NCBI GenBank assembly: GCA_028534125.1
Contig: CM052818.1
Coordinates: 5,954,001 to 6,018,000, forward strand
Length of the DNA: 64,000 nucleotides
Direction: 5' to 3'
Source: Lama glama
Lineage: Eukaryota
The notes below the pieces were generated by a model. The model saw only the letters and a list, made by a program, of their open reading frames with translations, did not search any database and was not told the origin of the DNA. The translations under genes and the position numbers were made by a program. This document shows positions 24,346-35,470 of the stretch, piece by piece; position 1 is the stretch's first letter, and the number at the start of each line of letters is the position of its first letter.

Positions 24346-27300
24346 TGGACAAACTCAGCATTTTGACTCTGTCCTTTCTCTGGCAGGGAGTCAACAAACG
24401 ATTTTTTCACGAATGAATGAATGCATGGACTGGGGAAGGAATCTGAAACAAATGCCATCTACAAATGGTGTAGATAGTTTTTTTTTTTTTGTCCCTGAAA
24501 TAAACAGAGACCATATCTTGTTCTCAAATCTTAGTCTCACAAAAAATTGATTTCTTGATTAATGACTTGGTTGAACTTTTTAACAAGTGTGTCCCCCACA
24601 TATGATTTTGATGCAGATGGCTTTTGGCTCAGGCTTCAGGAAACATTGCCTGGAATGAGTAAGTTAAGTGGAAACACTGGTTTTCTACAGAGCTCATCAT
24701 TCTTAATCATCAGCCTGAAGGATGTCAACTGAATGGGGAGCATATTTTGTAGGGGTTGGTAACGAAGACCCAGAGTCAAACTGGTTGGTCAGACTACTGT
24801 CTCACAGCCACAAGGACATGCCCCAAGAGAGCCTCCTTGACTGGAGAATCTAGTCCATGTGCTTTTGGTACCAGAAAAGTTCAATACGTCAAAGTATTCA
24901 GAGAGCAGATGAACACTATTGATGATCGAACTCCCTCGGCCAAGGTGCCATTGGTCTGGGTTCTGCCTCTTCACAAATGGCATCTCCATACAATGAGACG
25001 GCGCTCCAAGGCTTCTGCCAGCTGAGCAGCGCTCGCGCTTTAGTCTGAGTGGTTGGATAATCATCCAGCTCCCAAGGGGCCCAGAAGAAAATTAGCCACA
25101 TTTGAAAAGCACCCAAGACTTCAGACTCACAGCTCTGTTTTTCCGATCTGTTTTCTTCCCAGAGGATGTGCAGGGAGCACATCAGTGAGCTCAGTGTTCT
25201 TCACCGAGGCCTGGAAACAAACCAGCCAAGGGTTGTCAGTCAGGAGCAGGGAGTACTGGGAGAGAAGGGTTGGTGAGCTACGTGAGCTCTGCATAAAGGA
25301 GCTGAGACCAAGGAAATTTGCACGTTGATTTCTTGAGATGCTGGGAGGTGGGTAGGATTTCTGGTGTAAATATTTCCTAGAAAACCAAGAGTGCAACTTG
25401 CTTCCTGCTCAAACAGACAAAATGCCACTGAGCTCCAGCGTGTATGAGGTAAAGCAAACAAGCAGAATGTGGGCTTTCTTATTCTTATTCCATGTGTGCA
25501 TCACCAGCGCTCTTGGCCCATTCACACACGCTCCTACAGTTATTCCTAAATGACCCTGTTGTGTTGAAAGCTTGCTAAGGTTCTGGTAAGATGTTGAAAT
25601 GAAATCTGTGCTGCCTAGGGGAAAAACTGAGTATGAGTTTTGAAACCCAAATTTTAAATGTGGATGGTGTGTGTGTGTGCAGTTCTGTGTTGACTATGGG
25701 TTGGAACAACAGCAATATCTGAGCTATGGAATCGCCAGGGGGATTATTGCAAAATGCAGATGTGTGTGTGGGAATCTTTGGTGAACGACACGCACATCTA
25801 CACATCAGCAGAATTTGTCCTCTTCTCACTCCCAAGTCCTCACCCACGAGGTGGGCTGATTGGATATGGTGATAGAGGATCAAAGGAGTTTGAGGGGTGG
25901 CCATCCTCTGACCTCACCGAGGCAGACAAACACAGAGACAGAACAACATGCAGTGGGTGACAGGCAGACTTTCCTAACAAGACACAGATGTAAACAACCG
26001 AAATTGTGGCCAACTTTGCTCCCTTGATTAGTGGTGGCTTCATCCTTCTTTTCCTGCAAAACTAACTGATATTCCTACATCTTACGAAAATCAGTAGGCT
26101 TCTTAAGAAAGGATTTCCACATCGTTGACATTTGGGGACCAGAGAGTCCAGCCCCTCTAGTTAGGAATGCTAAAAGGCGAGGCTGAGTGGCCTGTTCAGA
26201 AATCACGCTCGTTAGTTGATTGCAGAACCAGAAAGTTGAGAATAAGGTCCTAGACTGACACCTTCTACACATGGCTCTTGCTCTGCTCATCGTCTAATCA
26301 CAGAAATATGCAGGATCTGCGTCCCCGGTTACTTACCCATGACGTGTTTATTGGGATGATGCGACTTCTGACTTGCAGCTCCTACATCCTCAGCCTCTGG
26401 CCTGGAAGAGAGCAAACGGTCAGAAAACATTTCTTACAGTATTTGCTGCATGTGATGAATGAGTGAGTGAGAGAGTCTTGTCTATCAATGATCTTTTCAG
26501 ACTTCCAGTACATTTTTACATCAGTGTGTTCTTTTTTCATCTCAACTGTGATTTTTAAAAAATACAAACCGTCATTTAAGTTTCTGTTTTTTCACACAGA
26601 CTGCAATCAGCGACAGCATTGCCAGTGACACCACCATGGGGACTCATCCTTAATGCCAGCAGAGCCACCATTCAAAGCCATTCACATCCCGTTTTCCATT
26701 CCAAGGGTCAGCTTCTCAGGAGGGCCAACTACAAATGGCAAATAAATATAAATATTTATACAGAGGCCTTAGAATCCACTTTCTCCAAAGGCAGTCTTTC
26801 TGATTGGATTCTTATTTGTGGCGGTGGCTAAAATCAACAACCACAAATGGTGTGAGATCTTCTGTCCTTCTCGTGCTGTACACACACACGTGCACACACA
26901 GCACAAAACACGCCTGCGTGCTGTCTATTCCTTCTGTTTTCCCTTTCCCCTCTCCCTAAAACCGATGCATTATGTGAACAGCTGTTTCCAGCTGCTGCTT
27001 CAGCATCTCCAGCTGATGGTTACGTGCCAGCGCTGGCCACCCACCATCCAGGGCCTGCCCTGTTCTCCTCACTAGTGGATGGGTGTGCAAAGGCACGGAT
27101 TTAAGACAGAAAGCTAATGAATGCAGTGTTTCTTCCTTTGAGCTCAGAGAAGTCCCCACCAGGACTGTGGACTGGTGGGAACGGAGGTGCGCCCCATCAC
27201 TCTCTCACTCTCTTCCTGGTTAATCCAGCTGGTTCTGAATTGAACTGGGAAGTCTTTAGCTGCCCCGGTAACTCTCTTTTGATTTCCTGTTGGCCCAGGG

Positions 27301-30300
27301 CACGGGATGTGCTGCTCCCAAGCGAGCGAAATAAAATTGTAGAGAAAACTGTATAGAGGGTGGGCCCAAGGAGAGGAGGATTGCCCTCTCCCCTCTTCCC
27401 TCTCCTCCCACCAGCCCACGTGCTGCTCTGTGCTGGCAGCATGTGTGCCGGGGTGTTTGGGGGGGCACTGATGCAAAAGGGAGGTAGACCTGAGCTTATC
27501 TTTAATTTGTCGATATTTGTTAATACCGTTTTGGTCAGAATTGCGTGATTGTTGGAAAGTAATTTTGTGGCCTCCTTTACTAAGATGATGCCTTTTGTCT
27601 AATCTGAGTTAGGCGGACTATCTGATGATGCCCTTGTAAATCCTCCACGATGTTGATCAGAAAATCCAACAGAACCAAACCAAACCAAACCCACAATCCC
27701 TATGGATACCAAGAAAAGTAACCCAAGAGTTATGTTTGAAATGCTAGAAATATTTTCAAACAACTCAGTCTCTGTATCTATATGTAATATACTGTACAAT
27801 TACACGTGTGTCTGCAACCCTGAAAAGATCTGCTCATCCCTGTGGTGATACCACATCAGTTTTTACTTATCTGTCGACAACCAAGTGTTCTCAATATCCC
27901 AGTGCAGGTTCTGATATAGAAAGCAGAGTGCAGAAAGGGAGAAATGTGTGGTCAGGGGGCCCGGCAGGTCTGATGTGGTGCAGCTCGGAATGCAGGGCTG
28001 CTGAGGCCTCGTGAAATCTGAGAGCTGTTTCTACCCAGCTTCCTTGAAGTGCTTCCTCTGAATCATCCCATGGGATCCTTGGACCAAAAAGAGATGGCCT
28101 TGACTCCCACCTACCTCTGCTTTGAAAATGTAAACCTAAGGGGTCCCGGATGGCCCAGCTCTGGCAGCCTGCTTTTGGGTTTTCTTACTTTCTTTTGATG
28201 CCAAGCATGATAAAAGAAATGGTAAGAGGACTCCAGGTGCTTTGATAGGCTGGCACGTTCAGGTTGGGACAGGCACTTTGTGAAATCCTCCACCCGCCCC
28301 TCTGAAGCACCATCTCCGCCCTCAGCAGAGGCCTCCGTTCGGCTCCAGGTGCACGACTTGAGCTTATTTCATTTCTGGTCTTGGCTCCTTCTTGGCCCAT
28401 TGAGTATATATGAGGCAATCGTCGCTCCCTGTCAGGATGAGCCAGTGCCCTAGAGAACATTTCCTAACCCAGCTCCACCCTCCCAGAGAATGAGTCTAAC
28501 CCTAGAAAGTTCCTGAAGAGGCCCCAAAGGAGTCTTGTAAAACTGCTCAGAGAGAAGGGACGCTAACCTGCTGATGGAAGGCCACAAGGAAAGACGTGAT
28601 AGAGGGGAGACATCCCTCCTCTGTCTTGATGGAGGATGTAAACACACTGAGTGCCTTTCAAATAAAAATACATATTCTCCACGCCTCCTTTCCTAGCCCC
28701 TGCCCCAGGCACACACATTCTTTTACACACACCCCCCCCACTACCATGACCGCCACCGTAACCACATGCAGCCTAATCAGACAGAACCAGACTAGAACCC
28801 TGCTGTGCCATTTCAGAGCTGGTGGCCCTAGGTGTGTTATTTGACTTCACATCCCTCAGATGATAAGAAATTGAAACAGCTCCCCGCTTTGGGAGGTTGT
28901 AGGGGTGAGGAAGGGCGGTGACATTTCTCACCTGGGATCTTGCCCAGCGCCTGGCGCTCCGTAAAGGTATCAGTCCACCTCCCCTGCTCCCTCCCCTGCT
29001 TCTCCTCGAGGGAGTCCTGGACCCCGTCCTCACAACCTCTCAGTTTTGGGGGCCTTCACACTCATAAACCATCCTCATTTCCGCGCATTGGAGGGCATCG
29101 CGCCTTCTGGGACCATGATACTCACCCTACACCCCCTCAAATGCCAGCTAGACGTTCTGCCCCTGACAGCTAGACACCTGAGAAGTGTTCCTCCCTTCTC
29201 CCCGCCATCTCTCCTGCTTCATTTAAAAAATTCCCAGATGAAAATGGCATGTTGCTGGAAGCACTTTCCTCTGCAAGACAGCTTTCCCTCTGGATCTCTG
29301 TACAGCCGTCTAAACGGAGTCTTCACAGATTGAAACTGAGGGCCACCGAGAAGCCCTCCCAGCACCGCTCAGCTGCTTTCCTCGTTGGGGTCTAGGGTCT
29401 GTGTTCCCTGAACGAAGATCCTTTTGACTTCCACAAATTAGAATAACACCTATTTCAAATATATTATTTGATGAAAGCAGATGTCAGCAGATACTGCCTA
29501 TGTAATTGATATTTGATTTATTCAAGATTTATGCATGCTGTGCCTTAGATTTATTAATGATAATCCCCGGCTCTTGTGTTTAATATAGTGGAACCAAAAC
29601 ATAATTTGCTGGGATCAGTCAGAAATGCATCAAAGTGATTAACTCTACATGCAAACCATTATCCAGTGACATCCCTACTGTGCACAGTGCAAAAGGAGGC
29701 AATAATACAGTAATTGGCTTCACTTATGCAAGTGAGATATTTGCCGTGATTGCTAGTAAAATTCGGTCCCTTTAATCTCTGCTTCTGCATCTCTATATCC
29801 CTTGTCACCCTTTGATGCTCTTTTTTCAGGCAGGATTCTCCTGAACCGAGCAGGCGTGCGCGCACACGCATACGTGACATCCCACCCCGGCAATTATGTG
29901 TGAAGGAAGGCGCAGACTCTCACTAAATCAGACAGGAGAGTAGCTGCCCTTCTTAGGAGGCCTCCTGGTGGGGCACTGCGTCCATCGGGTATGTGGAGCC
30001 ACCTGGTCTCCCCTGGGGAAAGGCCAGAAATCATATCCCGGCAGGCATTGCTCTCCATCCACATCGGTCACCTTTATCAACACCCGGTCAGGCTGCAAAT
30101 CCATTGCTGTCTTGGAGTGGACATTTGGGGCTATGCAAACAATCACTAAGATAACTTTTTTAGTGGGGAGATGCCTATTCACTTATGTTTGTTCCCTTTT
30201 CTTGTTTTGTTTCAGCTAATTAAAACGTAGTTGGATGGGCAGCCCTTTATTATAAGACTATATACCCTTCCCATTTTTTTGGTTTGTTTTAAAATACCTA

Positions 30301-30339
30301 TCCTATTGTGAATTGCTGGTGATAATAGATGAGAGCAGT

Positions 30340-30640
30340 TTTTATTTTAAAAAACTCAAAGGTAAAAACAATACACACATGGCAAAATGTTCAAAATCTA
30401 TGAAAATGTGTGACCTGAAAAACAGACATCTCCCTTCTCTGTTCTGTTCTGTCTCCAGTCCCTCTCCCCAAGGTAATCATTGTAATAGAATCTAGGGCAG
30501 CCTCTAGAAAATGCAAACCCAGTATACCTACATGTTCATGCACCACGTGGTTTTCATTTAGCACTGTGTCTCAGGGATGCGTTCTGGTTTGCACCTGGTG
30601 AGCTACCTGATCGTTTTCTGTGGCTACCTATGATCATTTT
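30340..30640 (-). mobile_element. Old LINE-1 (L1ME-like) 3'UTR fragment
   Basis: aatacacacatggcaaaatgttcaaaa...ccagtccctctccccaaggtaatcattgt...ttttcatttagcactgtgtc. Confidence 0.5.
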
Positions 30641-31809
30641 TAATTGTTTAAAGTGCTGCCTGGCTTGGCAGTGCTCTACAGTAAGCCTGCTACTTGGAAA
30701 TCGTTGGAAAAAAAAAAATTCCAGCCTGGGAACTGGGGCTGCAGTTTAGAATGAACTAGCATCTTGTGAGGCTCTACAGCAAGACGGAAACACACACCGC
30801 ATCCCACATTTTACAGCAAAACTTGTAAATGGCCCTTGATTGCTCTGCTGCCCGAAACGTGCCGTCTGTCTTCGGTGCGTCTGGTGGAAAGTATCAGTGC
30901 ATCAGCCTGGCATCTTGATGGGCGAGGGCACTTCTGACTCCTGCACCTCATACTAGGATTCTGTCAGGGTTTCAGCCTGTTCACTAACACACTGGCGAAC
31001 GCTGCTTACACCACCTTCTTCCCGGCTCTAACGTGATTCACAGCTAATTTGAAATGAAGTCCCAGGATGCTTTTTTTTTTTTTCTCCTGGCTCTTTCATG
31101 GAACACCACCAATCATTTTGTTTCAGTTTCTCTTTTGCTCCCTAAGCAATATTAGGGGTATCTTTAGAATACACAGGGACAGCTCACAAGGGGCATTCTT
31201 TTGCACTTTTAATGCCATTAGGGAATTTCTCCAAGAATCAAATGGGTATCTTTTGACGTTTTCTAGCTCAGCTTTTTCAATCATTGTCAACAATACCCCG
31301 AGTTCTGAATGGCATTCTGCGTGGGCTAGGCCCGCTGACACACTTCCCGGGCCTTGGTCACTAAGAGCACTCTGCTCAGCAAACTCGCCTCGCTCCCGAG
31401 TGTGGACACAGCGGTCGCCTGTCTGGACTCACTTCTCTCAGCTGCTGCAGCAGCTATTCCTGCTTCAGCAATGCAAGTGATCTATATTTCCTGTCCTAAA
31501 AGTGCATTGATTCCTGCTTCCGAGTGCTGTGGACAATGACGAGCTACGTCCTTGCTAGGCAGCAGGCACCAGACACGGTTCAGCTGGACTCACTTCCAAA
31601 GGCTGCCACGGCTCAGCCCAGCCCGAGGGCCCTATGCCTGAAGTCTGAGCAAAATCAGCACAGGGTTAAAAGAAGCCTAAGGGAGTGATTTCCAAATGTG
31701 AAGTATGGCTGCCAGTCTTGAGAGTGTAAATCTTCAGATTCTCAGGAGATGAGGTGACCGTCGCTGGCACAGACTAGTGGGCAGTTGGAAAGCTGATAAC
31801 TATCATGGT

Positions 31810-32075
31810 GAGCTGATTCTTGAGCAAGGCTCACCTGGGTGCAAATCCCAACTACATTTGCTTCTTCTAGCTAAGAGGCCACAGGAATGACACTGAACCA
31901 CTCTGGCCCTCAGTTTCTTCTTCTAGGGGAAAAAAATCTACCTTGGGTGTTACAGAGAGAACTAGGAAAATGTGGATGAGGAAATGTATGCTGGGAAAAG
32001 GACACGTGATGCTAGCAGAGTGCTTGGAGCCAATATGTGATGGACAGTAATATCAATAATAGTAATACTTATTAC
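31810..32075 (+). mobile_element. MIR SINE
   Basis: cctgggtgcaaatcccaact...aaccactctggccctcagtttcttcttct. Confidence 0.55.
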
Positions 32076-32955
32076 TGTTCAACAAAGTCCCAACAATCAG
32101 GCCACTAGCAACTCTCCCTGGGAAAAGCTATGAGGACTTCAAAAAGCTAAACAATGCTCTGAAGGACATCTGAAGCCTCCCAGGTCACCACCTGCTCACC
32201 ATCTACTGCTGTGATCTTTAGGCTCGCTACCCCCAGACTCTCCTATGCCTCCCGTGAGCCACTGATAGTGACAATCCCAAAGGGGTTGTTTTGCTAGTGT
32301 TTATTAAATGCAGGCCCAACGCCTAGACCCAAGGAGTATAATAAGAAGGAGATGCATGGAGACCCTGAAGCAGCAAATGTTTAATTAACTTCAGAGTACC
32401 ACGGCGAAGGCTGGCCAAGGCTACTTGAATTTTGAAAAGCATTAGCTCCCCTCCTGGGAGTGAGTCCTTCTCTTCCAGATAGCACTGTTCATGTTCAAGT
32501 CATTGAAATAACACATGCTGCTGAATGTGGGTACTTCAGGCTCATGAAACCTCCTTTACCTCTGAGCCACTCTTAAACTTCAGGCAAGTTGGTAATTTGG
32601 GGATTATTTGTAACATTCTATTGCATCTGCACAATACCAGGATATCAGGATAAAAGGATGCTCAAGGTTCTTCTGGGCCACCAACTCACAGATATTTGTA
32701 GAAGGGATCTTACAAATCCTTAGTGTCTTGGCTGTCAAACTTATTTGGGGTGGGTGCAGGATGGGTTTTAGCAAATAAATTCCTGTGCATGATGCCAAAA
32801 ACTGCAACTGATAAATGTACAGCTACTCTCATTGGAGGGGGAGAAGAGAATTCCTCTTTGGGCAATGCTGGGATCTGGAATACCTCTGAAAACCTCATCT
32901 GTTTAATTTAATTTTCACACAATAGAAGAGGACGATAGGGCAGTGCTATCTTAAA

Positions 32956-33120
32956 GCCTGGTTTCCTGAGCCCAGCATCTGCCCCACCTGGGAACCTGTT
33001 AGTAATTCAGATTCTCAGGTCCATCCCAGACTTACTGGTGGTGGAGACCAGGCATTTGTGCTTTTATAATCCTTTGAGATGATGCTGACACATGCTCAAT
33101 CGAGTTTGAGAACCTGTCTT
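32956..33120. mobile_element. MER5A hAT-Charlie element
   Basis: cagcatctgccccacctgggaacctgttagtaattcagattctcagg...cccagacttactg...gtttgagaacc. Confidence 0.75.
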
Positions 33121-35124
33121 CTAAGAGCTTTTCGGTGAATCCTGAAGGCTCCTTGAATACAAGTCAGCTTTGGTAGACGGCAAGGCTGGCCCCCCACAAA
33201 GCCCACTGAGATTCCAGGGTGTACACTGTACACACTGCCTTCAGATGGTTCTCTTCTATTCAATACATTTTAGTAGTGTTGCAGAGAACTACAAGTCTAT
33301 TGTAATTTGGACCCCAAACAGTGGTTCTTTTAGACAAACGACTTATAATCAAGAGGTGTTAATCCCCACAACAGATTAATTTAAATGGATTTGGCCAGTA
33401 GCCCAAACTGTTGCAAGTGGATTACACCCAACTATAAGCTCTTCCACCGAAATAATAATTTGTCAGTCTTAAAAAATGAGCACACATTGAAATTAGACTG
33501 ACTTAGTTTTCAAGCCACATTTCCCATGTACTATCTCAGCACCCTCTCCTGGCACCCTAGAACTTCCTCCTTCTCATTTCTCAGGGGTGAAAAATGAAGA
33601 ACAGAGAGTTTAAGTAAGTTTTGCTAGACTGCACGCCTCCACAGTGAAACCATAAATATTCAAGTCATGTTCTGCTAATACCTAGTCCGTTATTTTTTCT
33701 GATGTTCCAGGAAATACATTAGTCAACTCCCTCAGATGCGAATTTTCAACCAGATTGGTTTCCTCTGTGGAACTTCATCTTTTTCTCTCTCCTGTTATTT
33801 ATAACTGATAGAAAAAAAAATCATGAAGAGCTTGACATTGTTGAATCCTCACTTCAGTAATTAGTTAGGGAGCTCTCTGCCCCATCCTTGTGACAGGTGA
33901 GATGTGAGGTGTCATAACTAAGGCCACTGTTCCCTTCTGATCCTCTCAGGGGGCATCTGTTTCTAGTTGTAACTGACCGAACACTCCCTTTGCAGGAAAA
34001 CTAATAACATCTTAACATATGGTCTTGAATCTGGGCCGCCTAATGACCTTGCATGGAGATTAATTGAAGGTGTTAATGGCATCGTTCCCAGCCAGGAATG
34101 TCAAAACACTGGCCTGGCCTCCTCTGTACATGTTTTAAGAGGATTTGCTATTGATACCGAACTGGATTAACTTTAAATATAAAGAAAAATACTGTAACTT
34201 CAGCAGCCACCTGTGAAGCAAGTAGTAGGGAGCCTGGAGTAGTGCTCCAAGCACGGTGCAGGGTAATGAATTTGACATCCCATTCTGACTCCCTGGGAAA
34301 AATTCCCAGGGTACAATCTTCTTAAGTGGGGGTATTATGGAAAGCAAAATTCTGTTGAGGGTGAAAAATTCACTCTATGACCTTCTGTAAGACTGTGCAT
34401 GGAAAATGCCGTTAGAGACTAGAGTTGAATTATGGGTGCTCCGTGCTATTATCACCCCCTCCCCCATCTCAGCCGGCAGGAGAAACGGGGAAAAGACCAG
34501 TGGAAAGAACTATCGTTGGAACTATATTTCCTCAAATTTTTACACAGAAATGTATTCAACTTTCAGGAAGCTTCAAGCTGATCATAATTATCTCCTGCCT
34601 CGATCCTGTGGTACAATCGTCCCTTCTCTCTACGGGCTCTTTTTTTTTTTTTTTCTGTTTTAACTACCCTAGCACTTGTGTGCTTATGTATGTGTGTGTT
34701 TATTATAATTCACCTGAAAGACTTCTTGAGGAATATAAATTATAAAGACGTAACAGTAAACATAGAATAACCTCCTTTCATGCATATATTTACAAACCCA
34801 TAAACTCTAAGGAAGAGTGAACTGGATTTTAAAAACATTTAGGATTACTTTTTCTGGGCTTTTCTTTGCCCAGTTTATTCAGTGATTTTGGCCAAAAGAA
34901 CCACATAAAATATGTCAAAACCAGATCAGCTGCTGGCTGCACAACTGACTAGAAAGTAAAAATTACTGACTCAAACCGAGCACCACCAATTCAATCATGC
35001 CTTAGGGAACAGACCCTTGAAATTACAATTTCACCAGTCTTTTTTGAGGAATTACTCAGTGCCTAGTTCTTGGAGTATTCCTTCTCGGTACATACAAGTC
35101 TCCTACATCATTGCGCAGATTGGT

Positions 35125-35470
35125 GTGTATTTTCTCTGTTCCCACTTGTCCTGACTGTGAGCTGCTTGAGGGTAGACTTGTGTCTTTTTAAAGTTTAATT
35201 TAATTTTTTATCGACGTGCAATTGATTTACAATGCTGCGTTAGTTTCAGGTATAGAGCAAAGTGATTCACTTATATATACCCATTCTTTTTCAGATTCTT
35301 ATTATAGGTTATTATAAGATATTGAATATAGTTCCCTATGCGATACAATAGGCCCTGGTTGGTTATCTGTTTTATAGTGGACTTGTGTCTTATTTATCTT
35401 TTTAATACCCAAAGTTTCCAGCAATGACTGGCATACAATAGGCACATAATAGGTCTATATTTTTGTGGAA
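35125..35470 (+). mobile_element. L2 3' end split by the L1 tail at 35187-35379
   Basis: gactgtgagctgcttgagggtagacttgtgtctt | ttatttatctttttaataccc...tggcatacaataggcacataatag. Confidence 0.65.
35187..35379 (-). mobile_element. 5'-truncated LINE-1 3'UTR tail with TSD
   Basis: attgatttacaatgctgcgttagtttcaggtatagagcaaagtgattc...gaatatagttccctatgc, with an exact 12-bp TSD gacttgtgtctt at 35175-35186 and 35380-35391. Confidence 0.9.

Noticed and set aside
28064..28076. Isolated TF motifs such as EBF-like TCCCATGGGA here, AP-1 TGAGTCA near 39435 and partial CTCF-like matches
   Set aside because: Single short motifs are expected by chance in 64 kb and have no supporting cluster.
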